DNA of 64,000 nt, taken from NCBI GenBank assembly GCA_951406725.2, contig OX597816.1:161510001-161574000 (forward strand), in the 5' to 3' direction. The DNA is from Octopus vulgaris (Eukaryota). The notes beneath the pieces were generated by a model. The model ran no database searches. It was given only the letters and a program-made list of their open reading frames with translations, and had not been told where the DNA came from. Positions 51,390 to 64,000 of the stretch are shown piece by piece. The translations under genes and the position numbers were made by a program. Each line of letters opens with the position of its first letter. Positions within the stretch are counted from its first letter, which is position 1.

Positions 51390-52171
51390 ATTATTAAAAA
51401 CGTTTTGTTCCAAAGTGATTACAAATGCTTTCTGCTGAAGAGATAGGAATGGAATCAGAAAATTTATGAAAATTTGCAATAGATCAAGCAGAACGAAATT
51501 TGTGTTGACAAGTACTAGCTCTGATGGTTACAAACATACATGACAACATAGAAATAATGGAAGAATAGGTGAAAAGTGACATGGAGTGCTTGGAATAGCT
51601 TGAACAGATATTTGACAAGAATACTGAAAGTAAGAGACATGCTTCAAATTGTCCTTTAAAAGTATTAGATATGGAAAAACAACCTATAAAATATATGCAC
51701 ACACACACACACAGATACACACACACACACACACACATGCACACACACACACATATATGTTTTATCTGTTACTTTTATCAGTCATTAGACTATGGCCATG
51801 CTGGGGCACAACCTTGAAAATTTTTAATCAAAAAATATTAATCCCAGTACTTTTTCCTTAAGCCTGGTTCTCATTCTGTTGGTCTCTTTTGCTGAACCGT
51901 TGGTCTTTCAGAGATGTAAACACTGCAGTTGTTGTCAAGTGGCAGTGAAAGACAAAAGCACACACACATGCATGCACATACATGCACGTGGGTGGCAAGT
52001 TTCTTTTAGTTTCCATCTACCAAATCCACTCATAAGGCTTTAGCCAGTCCAAGATTATAGTGTAAGACATTTGCCCAAGGTGCCATGCTGTGGGACTGAA
52101 CCCGGAGTCATGTGGTTGGGAAGCACACTTCTTACCACACAGCTTGAGAGAGATAGGGGAGAGACAGAGAC

Positions 52172-52218
<47 letters not shown>

Positions 52219-52887
52219 TGTATGTATACACAAAACACTGTGGTGTTGTTTTCAAACCAAGGTTGATTGTCTTGAATTTTTTTTAATTAAAAATTGTTCT
52301 TTAATTTGTATAAAATTTATTATTCAAAGTTTTTTAAGTGTATTTTAGTATTAGAATGTTACTATTTCCTGTAAATTAATATCAACCTCATCTGTTTCTA
52401 ATTACCTCAAAGAGCAAAAGTAAAAAAAAAACCGATAAAGTTTCTCTAAAGCTAATAAAGTGTTATCATAGACAATGTGTATTTTTTTCATTGTTGGTGG
52501 GTTTGATAAATTCCTATTTACATTATTTTTTATAAGTTGCCACCACCCTTTAAAAACATTTTTTTGTTATAAGTTTTGGGATTGACATTAATATTAACAG
52601 TATAATTGTAACTAATGTTAGTTGCAGACAAATTCATTGTACTTGTTAAATATTCCCAATCGGCCCTAATTAGACACACCCACGACACTCCTCTCATGAA
52701 GGACGCTGCTTGAAATATCACACAGCCCGTCTGCTTCATGACAAGTTAACTCATTCCACTTTGTGAAGTACAGTACTTAGGTTGTTGACTTGATACTTAA
52801 GAGTAAACTGATAAGTTCAATAATCCAGATATACAGATATAGAAAGTCTGGCGTGTCAACTTAAGGAAAACTGGAGCACTGTATGAC

Positions 52888-53147
52888 TACTGGGTCATCC
52901 CATAAATCATAAATAATGCAGTTTTTATAATGCTTCTCTTTGTAACATAGGCACAAAACAATACTAAAATATACTCTCCCTCAGTTTCTACAATGCTCTT
53001 CCATCTATCTGATAGATTTGCAAGGCCCCTCTTCCAATATTCACTTGTCTGTGATGAAAAATACTCCTCCAGTACTGTTCTGACATCGTGTACAGGATTC
53101 ATATTTTTTCCATCCAAATGTTTCTGAAAACTTTGGAATAAATGGTA
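52888..53147 (-). pseudogene. mariner transposase C-terminal relic with 3' TIR
   Basis: YHLFQSFQKHLDGKNMNPVHDVRTVLEEYFSSQTSEYWKRGLANLSDRWKSIVETEGEYI is the mariner DYHLF...RW..V...GEY tail. The end reads tactgggtcatcccataaat. Confidence 0.9.
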
Positions 53148-53629
53148 AGAACAAGGTAAAATTACTACCTGCTTTTATAGCAAGTTTATGCAGGTAGTTT
53201 ATCCCATCCCCGCTCTGCCTTTTAGTTCATGCAATTGGAAAACACATTATTTATAGGCTGAGGGAAGCAAAAGGAAACCACTCTCCCCAAGCATATATTT
53301 CAAAGTTGGACCCTCTTCAATAATTTTTTTATCTCTTCAGTTCGCTTGTGCTATAGATCACTTTGCTTTTTGTTAATCGCATGGATTTGGAAGAACTTTT
53401 TAAAGTTATTACTTTATTTGACCAACTTCCTATGTTTTTGAGCTGTTTGCCCAATCTCCTGTGATGTGTTGGTGGTGGCCAGGCATCATAACCTCTGGAC
53501 CTAGGATGTCCTCGTGGAATTTCATCTTTTTCACGTCTCACCTATATCAGTAGTTGTAAGTTTCACACATGACATTGTTAATGGAACATGAAATTAATGA
53601 ATGTAGAATACAATTTCATTAGTTATAAC

Positions 53630-53870
53630 CGGAGTCATGGAGTCGGAGTCAGTAAAACTGTACTGACTCCAACTCCGACTCATAATGCCTTTATTCTTTT
53701 ATATAAACCAGATATAATATATAGGCCTACTCAATGTGCAAGCACATTCATATGCTTTATGAGGTATGCAGACCACAATCACTTAATTACATAAAGAGGG
53801 GTCAGAGTCAGAGGTGCCAATAGTACAGGAGTCAGAGTCAAAGTTTTTTTATTTCAGCTCCACAGCCCTG
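53630..53870. mobile_element. hAT MITE with a perfect 8-bp TSD
   Basis: TSD gttataac at 53622-53629 and 53871-53878. Right end ctccacagccctg; ggagtc subterminal repeats. Confidence 0.85.
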
Positions 53871-54361
53871 GTTATAACTCATAAAATATTTCGCGTAATA
53901 TCGGAGAAATGAGTTAAAAATTGTTTGGTATGTGTCACAACGCCTTTCCTTATATGCTTGTTCCCTATTACTTTAGAATCTGGCTACACTACTGCACACC
54001 AGACTTCAAAGATTAGTAATGGAATCAATTTGTATGATGAAATCCTTCAAGAAGGTGCTGCCAGCATGGCTGCAGTCCAATGACTGATAGAAGTAGAAAA
54101 GAAATGAGAAAAAAAAGATGAATGGGTATTCTTGTGCGAGAAGTATAAAAGTGTGACTTTTTAGTGAGTTAAAGAAACAAAATAGATTTCATAATTGAAA
54201 TGGGTGGGGGGTCTGTTCCGTCTTATTACTTGCTTTTTAATAACCCATGAAGAAATTCCAGATGTTTCTGCTCAAATAGCAGTTGAAGCTGAGGTTGCAC
54301 TCTCTTGTTCTCTTTGTCAAAAGAGTACTTAAATTACTCAGATATTCCACAGGCACTTTAA

Positions 54362-54581
54362 CCCTTTAGTGTTTAAACCGGCTATATCTGGCCCGAATAT
54401 TCTACTCATTTTATGCTCAAACTGGCCAGAACCAGTATCTCACACTTACCCTGCAGTGTAATTCTAAAAATAAACAATTACATCTTTCAAATCTTGAAGC
54501 TACAAGATAATACCAGATTAACTTTATAAAATGTAAATGAATAATGATTACTTATGACATATTAATTTGAACGCTAAAGGG
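54362..54581. mobile_element. piggyBac MITE
   Basis: TTAA-ccctttagtgtttaaa ... tttgaacgctaaaggg-TTAA. Confidence 0.9.
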
Positions 54582-54585
54582 TTAA

Positions 54586-54980
54586 GGTTGCAAGCTGGCA
54601 GAAACGTTAGCGTGCCGGGTGAAATGCTTAGTGGTGTTTCATCTGCTGCTACGTTCTGAGTTCAAATTCTGCCGAGGTCCACTTTGCCTTTCATCCTTTC
54701 GGAGTCGATTAAATAAGTACCAGTTACGCACTGAAGTTAATATAATTGACTTAATCCGTTTGTCCTTGTTTGTCCTCTCTGTGTTTAGCTCTTTGCGGGT
54801 AGTAAAGAAATAGGTATTCCGTCTGTCTTTATGTTCTGGGTTTAAACGCCACTGAGGTCGACTTTACCTTTCACCCTCTCGGGGTTGATAAATTAAGTAC
54901 CAGTTACGTACTGGGGTTGATCTAATTGATTCCCACCTCCCCTCAAAATTTTCAGGCCTTGTGCCTAGAGTAGAAAAGAT
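54586..54980 (+). mobile_element. SINE family A dimer
   Basis: Two units with the linker, flanked by the direct repeat acaggcactttaa. Confidence 0.9.
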
Positions 54981-55289
54981 TCTACAGGCACTTTAATTTT
55001 CCAAAAGTAAGCATTAACATTTTTATGATTCATTTCCTGGTCTTAAACTTGTTTATCTAGATACAAACTGCTTTTGAAAGTGGAATTTAATTTTTTTTCT
55101 TCTTAAATTAAATTTATATTTGAAGAGATGTAGCATGACAAGTGTGTGTGAGTGTGTGTATACACTGACATGCACATACACATGTGCACAAATATTTATA
55201 TCTTACATACATGGTTTTTTTTTCATATTTATTTAGTTTTTTTGTTTTGTAATTATTGCGAATACATCATGTACTTGATATGTGTGTGT

Positions 55290-55366
55290 ATTATATATAC
55301 ATATATATATGTATATACATACATACATATATATATGTATATACATACATATATATATATATATAT

Positions 55367-55441
<75 letters not shown>

Positions 55442-55566
55442 CATACATACATACATATATATATGTATATACATATGATGATGATGATGATGATGTTGAT
55501 ACACATACATATATATATATACACACATATATAAATATATATATATATTTTATAAATATATGTACA

Positions 55567-55612
<46 letters not shown>

Positions 55613-55625
55613 CTCATAATATATA
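55290..55625. repeat. Long compound (TA)n/(TACA)n/(GAT)n microsatellite
   Basis: Directly visible. Confidence 0.95.
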
Positions 55626-57896
55626 TATCGTTAATCCTTTTCTTCCTTTGCAAATATTCAGAAATAGCATTTAAATGCAATTAATCCATAAATGCTTGTA
55701 CATAGTTACACAAGCACATCACTCAGTGGTGTGAAGTTACCACTTCATACAATGAACCTATCTTTTGAGATTTAGTATAGAGATTGCAAGTTAGATTGGA
55801 AGGGTGATATTCTTTGATAAGTGGCCTTTCCGAAAAATGCAACGATTTAAACTACTTTGCATCATCATTATCGTCATCGTCATCATCATCATCATCATTG
55901 CTTTAACATTCACTTTTCATGCTTCCATAGGTCTGACAGAATTTGTTGAGGCAGATTTTTTAGGGCTGGAAACGAACAACACTGCTTGTATGATGGTGAT
56001 GCTCGTTTACAACCATGATGTAATGTCAAGACAAGGGTACACACGAATATGCACACACACACACACACACACAAACACACACATTTGTTTCCTTGTTTCT
56101 GTCATTAGTCTGTAGCCATGTTTGGGTACCACCTTGGAGGGTTTTATATGGGTGAATTGGTTCTTGTACTTATTCTATAGGTCTCTTTTACCAAATTACT
56201 AAGTTACAAACTGACCAAATTCGCTTGCAAGGCTTTGGTTGTCTCAAGGCTATAAGTAGAATACAACTACCCCAAATGCAGTGGAATTGAACCTGAAACT
56301 ACACGATTGGGAAGTAAGCTTCTTAACCACACAGCCATGTCCTTACCTATATATATATACAAAAGTGTGTGTGTGTGTTTGCGTGCATGTGTGTGTGAGT
56401 GTGTGTGTACGCACGTATGTGAGCACACATGTACATGCATGTGAATGAATTGTTAAGATTTGAAAGTGATAAAGCAAGTGATGCTGAGAGTTATCACTGA
56501 CATATCATCATTGCATAGAATGAAGCTTGAAGAGGATGTAGATTAGGATTGTATTAGGCAGGAGAGCCACAGGTGTTATATCTCTGCTAAGACAATGGCA
56601 GCAGAAGTATCTGCTAAAGAATAAACAAGTTTTTGTTACATTAAACCACTAACACAAAGTTTATTTTAATAAAGTATCATGTTCTATAGCCTGATGGGCT
56701 GAGAAAATACTAAGTTTGGTATAATAGTTTTTAAGTACATCAGCTGTATTGGAATAACCTGCAAAATAAGTGGTTTTGCTACCCATATAATTTGCTGGTA
56801 GGAGTAAACAAATTTCTGCCTTGTGGCTAGAATGAACGGAAATGAGGTTGAACTTGCAGTAATTGCTTCTTCTTTTTGAAATAAATGGTTCCTACTCCTC
56901 TCCGAGCAAAAGCCAAGTTGTATGATGTGTTTATAAAAAGTGTGAAACCTTATCGAAATGAAATATGGGGCTGGGAAAATTTAGATCTGCACTCTTTGTA
57001 AAAACACAAACAAGAATAACTAGTGGGTTTACAATGTCGAAAATCAGTAACTTTGAATGAATTATAAAAGTAACAAGGTCTACACTGTTATATATATGAT
57101 TGATAATAGAACTGGTTTGTGATGTGAAGAGATGAATGTAAAAGATACTCAGAGCCCATAATTGTAGAGGCAAACCAAAGAACTGGCCCAACAGTTGGTA
57201 TGGAACTGTGTAATGTTGTGATGTGTTTGAATAACCTAATTTGCAGAACTGCCCAAATAACGCCAGCATGAAACAACATACACATGTTCTGGAAATCAGG
57301 TTATTCAAACACATTACAAACTCAACACCATCTTTGTTCTTGGGTTTGTTCTGAGTGCCTTATTGACACCCAGCATTTTTTCACTTACCTTATTATCCAT
57401 TCCTATCACAAACTGTTATAGTTGTCAATCACCGAGGCTCTCTCACTTTGATAATTCATTGACACTTGGTGATTTAAAAAAGAAAATTAACATTGTACAC
57501 CCATTGGTTCTTCTTGTCTTTCTTCAGTTATTGTAGATCTACTGTATTCCCACTATGTTAGATGTGTGTGTGTGTATGAAGGTATGTGGCCTGGTGGTTA
57601 AGTGTGTTACACTCACAGTTGTGAGGTTGTGTTTTTGATTCTCAAATTGGTTGCACATTGTGCTTTTGAGCAAAACATTTCATTTCATATTACTCCAGTT
57701 CACTTGGCTGTAAATAGGTAACCCTGAGATGGACTATCCTTTCAATCAAGAGGAATGATGGCCTTCTTGCCTAGCTAGCAGGGTGGCATCATTTGAAGCT
57801 GAAACAATGCACAGTATATTGTGACCAGTATATTGTGATGCATAACAACTTCTGATAGCTTAGTTGACACTATGATATATATATATATATATATAA

Positions 57897-58030
57897 TTGA
57901 AAATTACAGCTAAACAAAAGTCAAAGACAGGTGTATAAACAACAAGCAGGTGTATTAGTTTGACACTAAGGAAAGTGAGAAAGTCTTTTACATTTCAAGC
58001 CTGCGCTCTTCAATAGAAAGAAACATGAGG
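57897..58030 (-). mobile_element. Penelope-like pLTR with a CpG-decayed hammerhead motif
   Basis: Reverse complement tctttctattgaagagcgcaggcttgaaatgtaaaagact is homologous to 13869-13906. It abuts (TA)n. Confidence 0.7.
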
Positions 58031-58582
58031 AAATAAAAAGAGAGAATAAAAAAAAAAAACTTGAGGATTTAGAAATCAATCATGTTGTTGACTGTGAGCC
58101 TTTTGTATCTTATGTTCTCCTGATTCTAAGCTGTCCCTCATTGAAAGTCTAGTTCTGGTTGAGTTACACTTAGGGAGGTCTTGGTTTCTTAGTTTATGGT
58201 GGTTCTGTTGTGTATATATATTATGCAATACAGCAATGCTGTATGATTGCCCTTCATTGGGATTCCAATTTTGGTGAGACTTATACTTGTTTAGGGGTTG
58301 GTAGTCTGTGGAGGTTTAGTTCTCTTCTGTTTTTAATTATTTAAATTCTTCCTCTAAAGACAAAGCTGGTTTCTAACAATACAAAGCTCCATCATTGGAA
58401 TGTAGATAGCCAAAAACTATGTCACATTTGAAACTTGAGAAAAGTCTTGCATATTTTTACTGTTCCATTTATAAATCATATTTGAAATGTATGAGTTGAT
58501 TTCCTTTTCTGAAAACCCTAGCTTATCCAAATTGTCACTTAGGCATTTACAAAGCCAAGTGCACCAATTATTTTTGGTATAA

Positions 58583-58788
58583 ATATGAATTTATAATTTA
58601 GATATAGAACCTGTAGGTCTCAAAGCAGTTGTCTATAATTATCCTCTTCCTCCTTTTTCAAAAAAGATATTCAAGTCATGTATATATATGAATTTATAAT
58701 TTAGATATAGAACCTGTAGGTCTCAAAGCAGTTGTCTATAATTATCCTCTTCCTCCTTTTTCAAAAAAGATATTCAAGTCATGTATAT
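58583..58788. repeat. Exact 103-bp tandem duplication
   Basis: atatgaatttataatttagatatagaacc...caagtcatgtatat occurs twice. Confidence 0.95.
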
Positions 58789-59180
58789 AAAACCCAGACC
58801 AGCTATGATTTAAAGCATTCTGGGCATGGCTGTTTCATCATTTTTCAGACTTTGTGAACACTAGAGTGCTAGAAAAAGCAACACTGTTTTCTCCAAGCTA
58901 TACCTAGCCATCTTAAAAAAAGAGAAGGACGCAATGAATGATGTAGCTGTGAATAAATTGTATGAAAATATAATTGGATGATCATAGGTGAAACGTCTTG
59001 ATCATAAGGTCTGCCTGGTCAGAACTAACCTTGGGCTACGCAGCAACAACTCCTTTAGATCCAACCGTTTCTTGTTAGATGATTCATCCAACAAACCATA
59101 CTTGACTCATTCTTCCTTTTTTTTTCAAATTCAATTTTTCATGCTCACATGGGTTGTATGGGTCAGCAAATTTAGACTTG

Positions 59181-59218
<38 letters not shown>

Positions 59219-59619
59219 TTAATGATTCAATGAATGCACTTCCTGATGTCAGCAACTTTATCATTAACTTATGTTCCTGCTGAGTACACATTGAAATATG
59301 TAGAGTAAGGTTATATATATTCACGCACTGAATTGCATAATCTGGTGCTTGTGACATGGTTTAAAGAACAAAAACAAAATATATGATACATAGAATATAT
59401 TAATGAATTTACATTTTCTCTATTTTCTTTCTTATCCTTTGTCCTCTCACTCTCCCTTTTGATTTTTTTTTTGTATGTATGTGTTTTAGTCAGAGGAAAA
59501 GGGAGCAGGGCTTAAGATTGTTCACAGGGCTCTGGAACTGGTGGGCAGAAGTTATTCTTTGATTGGAAAACCTGGCATTATAATATCATTTTCTTACCTT
59601 TGTTTCAATTAACTATGAA

Positions 59620-59769
59620 AATAACTAAAGTAAAAGCTGGTGTTCAGAACATAAATTAACATGAAATTTTGATGGTAGTTCTTAAATTAGATCACTTTAG
59701 AATTAAACCTAGAAGTTTATATTGTAAAACCAGGGGTGGTTTTAGGCCAGTTGGTATCAAAAGTGTTAA
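59620..59769. mobile_element. piggyBac-like MITE right-end fragment
   Basis: Ends ggtatcaaaagtgTTAA; homologous to 48855-48965. Confidence 0.5.
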
Positions 59770-60239
59770 TGTCTGTAGTGTACTTTCCTAAAGGATATAA
59801 GTGCTTCATACTCAAAGTTTAAGTATTGGGCTTATGATCATATGTTTGCAGATTCAATCCCTGGACTGAGTGGTGTGTTGTGTCCTTGTTTCAGTCATTA
59901 GGCTGGAGCAATGCTTTGAAGAATTTTTTTGTCAACTGAATCAAACCTGGTACTTATTTTTTTTGCTGAACAGCTAAGTTCTGGGACATAAATGCACCAA
60001 CACTGGTTGTCAAGTAGTGGTGGGGGACAAACGCAGGCACAAAGACACACACACACATGACAGGCTTCATACTGTTTCCATCTGCCAAATCCACTCACAA
60101 GGCATTAGTCAGTCTGAGTCTATAGTAGAAGACTAAAGTACCACAAAGAGGAAATGAACCTGGAACCATGTGGTTCAAAAGCAAGCTTCTTACCACATGG
60201 CCACACCTGCACCATGTTGACAAACTTCCATACAGTGTC

Positions 60240-60575
60240 ATCATCATTATAATCATCGTTTAACGTCCATTTTCCATGCTGGCATGGGTTGGACGGTTTG
60301 ATTGGGGACTGGCAAGTCAGGAGGCTGCACCAGGTTCCAATGTAATCTGGCAATGTTTCTACAGCTGGATACCCTTCCTAACACTAACCACTCCGAGAGT
60401 ATAGTGGGTGCTTTTTATGTGCCACCGGCATGGGAGCCAGTCAGGTGGCACTGGCATCAACCTTGTTTAGATGGTGCTTTTTACATACCACCGGCGCAGA
60501 AGCCAGTCGGGGCGATGGGGCTGACATCGACCACATTGGGATGGTGCTTTTTACGTGCCACCGGCACAGGGAGCT
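60240..60575 (-). mobile_element. SINE family C
   Basis: Reverse complement of the 41985 and 46533 copies. Confidence 0.85.
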
Positions 60576-60934
60576 GGTCAGGCAGCATATGAAACCATTG
60601 GTTGGCCTACAGCTCTAGCTGAAGATACCTGCCCAAGGAGCTGTGCAGAGGAAGTGAACTAGAATCCACCAGGCTGCAAAGCAAACTTCTTAACCATACA
60701 GCCATGCCTGTACCTATATTCATTCCACCAGTTATGATGTATGAGCTATTTTACAAATACTCTTCACAAACCATGGCTTCACCTCATGTAACAAGCTAGG
60801 TATTGGCCCACTTAGCGAATCAAATCCATATTAATCATTTAGGAAACATGATTATAAATTTACTTGTTCATTATTATTGAAATCGTTAAACTTTCTGTAT
60901 TTTGTATGTATGCATTTCTTTCTAGCCTTTTGTT

Positions 60935-60968
<34 letters not shown>

Positions 60969-62192
60969 ACTCTTACTCAACCTTTCTCTCCCTTCCTCTT
61001 TCTCTGTGTCTTTTGGCGTGTCTGTATGTCCATCTCCCCCTCCCCCCTCTCTTTCTGTGTTAGAGTGTGTTTGTGTGTGTTCCTACAGCGATCTTATAAT
61101 ACTAAAAATGAGCAAAATATCTGGTTGGTATGTAGAATATCTTCTACTGTGGTTGACACAAAACTTGGAGTGAAGTGTTAAAATGAGGTTTTAATGCGTT
61201 ATAGCCATAAACAAGAAAAGATTACATTTTTTTTTTGTTTCGCAAAGTAGGTCCTTCTGCTCCTCTGTTTCCCTCCTCACCCCAATCCTCTCTCCCCCTC
61301 TGCAACTCTAAACAACTGTTTAGAGTAAAATTTACTGATAACGTTTCTTGTTTTAACTTGTCTTACTCATAGATGCATACATACATACATAAATACATAC
61401 ATAATATATAATGTATATATTTATGTATATATTTATGTATGTATGTATATGTATGTATGTATGTACTTGAGTTTTTATTAATGTTTGCTTATGAAAGCAG
61501 GTATGTGCAAGCTGTCACCTGTTGCTATCTTGCCATCTCTGGCACTGCGCAATCTACTGTTTTATGAGGACAAATGCAATAAATACCTTAACAAATAAAT
61601 GAATTTGATAGGCAAGTTCTAGCAGCTTTCCCATCCGTTATGTCATGTCGTGTGTATGCATCTGCGTGCATCTGTGCATGCGTGTGAGTGTTTTATTGAA
61701 AATATGAATGTGGAATCAATTTATTGTTTTTGTCATTTTTTACTAATGACCTTACTTATGTGGTTGTGTTTTTCGTTTATTTATTTTTTTCATGGTGGTG
61801 AGTGCAAAATATCAAATCACTGGATTGATTTCCTGATATTTCGAATGGCATTACTAGTCTTATTGATTCTCTTCATGTACATTTTTTTTCCTTTTAAAGC
61901 TTAGAATGATGTCAGGGTTTTTCTGTTTTTGTTTTATTTTGTTTTTCCTATTTAGTGGAATGCGTTTTGTGTGTAAGGAAATTTTGTGTGTTCAATTGAA
62001 GTTTACATGTGTTATAGTGTTCAGTTTGTTAAATGTAGACATGGTTATGTCATTTGAATGCAGTTATATATGCAGGATGAGTATTTGTGTGTGTATGACA
62101 CAGAGTTATAAAATATACATCTGTAATACATATAGGTATGTGTGTACTATGTAGATAGATATATTTTTCATTATATATACATACATGGTAAT

Positions 62193-62836
62193 GGTGTCAC
62201 ATAAAAAGCACTGGTGCTGGTGCCACATAAAAAGCACTGGTGCTGGTGCCACATAAAAAGCACTGGAGCTAGTTCCACATAAAAGCACTGGTGCTAGTGT
62301 CACATAAAAAGCACTGGTGCTGGTGCCACATAAAAAGCACTGGTGCTGGTGCCACATAAAAAGCACTGGTGCTGGTGCCACATAAAAAGCACTGGAGCTA
62401 GTTCCACATAAAAGCACTGGTGCTAGTGTCACATAAAAAGCACTGGTGTTGGTGTCACATAAAAAGCACTGGTGTTGGTGTCACATAAAAAGCACTGGTG
62501 TTGGTGTCACATAAAAAGCACTGGTGCTAGTGTCACATAAAAAGCACTGGTGCTAGTGTCACACAAAAAGCACTGGTGCTGGTGCCACACAAAAAGCACT
62601 GGTGCTAGTGTCACATAAAAAGCACTGGTGCTAGTGTCACACAAAAAGCACTGGTGCCGGTGTCACATAAAAAGCACTGGTGCCGGTGTCACATAAAAAG
62701 CACTGGTGTTGGTGTCACATAAAAAGCACTGGTGCTAGTGTCACACAAAAAGCACTGGTGCTGGTGTCACATAAAAAAGTACTGGATCTGGTTCCACATA
62801 AAAAGCACTGGTGCTAGTGCCACATAAAGGCACTGG
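62193..62836. repeat. 26-bp minisatellite, ~25 copies
   Basis: Unit ggtg(c/t)cacataaaaagcactggtgct, with no unique spacers. Confidence 0.95.
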
Positions 62837-63539
62837 CCTTTCATAAACAACCTTGTTCAGACTTGTTCCTTGGAGGGGACTTTCTATGTGCTGTCACATG
62901 GTTATTCATGACCAAAGGGATCTTTCCCCTCTAGAGTGTTACCCAATACATGACTGTTAACTTTGGAAAGATACTTTTGCCATCATGAATAATACCAGGA
63001 AATATGGCACCTATACAATAATTATTACCTAACTTTTATCAAATTTCTTGATTCTTATACAGAACGATGGAATGAATACTAATTTTCAAAAGAAAAAATA
63101 TTTACCTTAACACAAAACTGAATTTCTTGTTTGTATATTTGCAGTAAGAATATTATATTAGTTTTCTAAATTTTATCAACATAATTACAATCTACTCCAC
63201 TGGAAACCTATATCTTCAAAATATCATTAAAAATGTATATTTTCCAAAAATGTTATAAGACTTCTTGCCTCTTATGTTAACACTTAACCCCACTCTTTTG
63301 CTTTCTCCACCCCACTTTCTCTATATAATGTAAAGTGTGACAACCAAAGTTTATATCTGTTGTTGTTGTTATATATAGATTAATTAACTTCAGATCGTAT
63401 GTGCACATAATTGACTAAAAGCTTGAGTTGATTCTCTGAATTGGCTTGGAATATAAACTACAATCCGATTGGTTTTCTTTTCTTGTTGGTTTGCAGGATT
63501 CTTTTAGTTCCATTTCCTATGATTTACTTTCATTTGTGG

Positions 63540-63825
63540 TAATGCCAGTGCTGCCTGACTGGCTCCTGTGCCGGTGGCACATAAGAAGCACCATTCGAGT
63601 GTGGTTGATGCTGGTGTTGCTTGACTGGTTCCTGTGCTGGTGGCACATGAAAAAGCACCCCTACACTCTTGGAGTAGTTGGCATTAGGAAAAGCATCCAG
63701 CTGTGTAGAAACCTTAATAGATCAGATTGGTGCCTGGTGCAGCCTCCTGGCTTGCCAGTCCTCTTTCAAAACTGTCCAACCCTATGCCAGAATTGAAAGC
63801 AGACATTAAACGATGATGATGATGT
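63540..63825 (+). mobile_element. SINE family C
   Basis: Internal repeat units plus aggaaaagcatccagctg...attaaac(gat)n. Confidence 0.85.
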
Positions 63826-64000
63826 AATATTTTATGATCCAGTCACAACTGGTAACAAACATAGTTCAAATTTGAAATTTATTATTAATATTTTCTATTG
63901 AGGCAGCAAGCTGGCAGAATCATTAGCATGCTGGGTGAAAAGCTTAGCGGCATTATTCAACTTATTCCCGCCCTTAAAATTGCTGGCCTTGTGCCAAAAT

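Noticed and set aside
56931-57314. 127-aa minus-strand ORF
   Set aside because: No recognisable domain or splice signals, and the length is within chance expectation.
59490-59612. Possible exon SEEKGAGLKIVHRALEL after a pyrimidine-rich tract
   Set aside because: No convincing donor or homology.
62193-62836. CRISPR-like array
   Set aside because: The units are contiguous with no unique spacers, there are no cas genes, and the context is eukaryotic.

Overview
This is a eukaryotic, AT-rich, repeat-dense and almost entirely non-coding window. The SINE repertoire and very dense (TA)n/(TG)n/(TAT)n microsatellites look like an Octopus (coleoid cephalopod) genome; this is recognised from memory, not from a search. 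No complete gene is visible. There is one plausible first coding micro-exon (5089-5128, MTGDMFCRKKKHK, then GTAAGT), and most of the rest reads as intron. Mobile DNA includes about 5 SINE families (many copies, some multimeric or nested), 3' relics of CR1/L2-type and Hero/R2-type LINEs, a mariner transposase tail, and short non-autonomous DNA elements: hAT, piggyBac, pogo, Merlin-like, Helitron-like and Helentron-like. Three observations stand out. (1) Penelope-like repeats sit within or beside (TA)n tracts and carry minimal hammerhead-ribozyme motifs. (2) Several near-perfect fold-back palindromes lie beside (TA)n tracts. (3) Near 39 kb the sequence switches sharply from CpG-retaining to CpG-decayed, just downstream of an ETS/E-box promoter-like island, which looks like a fossil gene-body methylation boundary. 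Almost all ORFs in the supplied track are microsatellite or SINE artefacts. All calls were made by eye, so element boundaries without TSDs are approximate.
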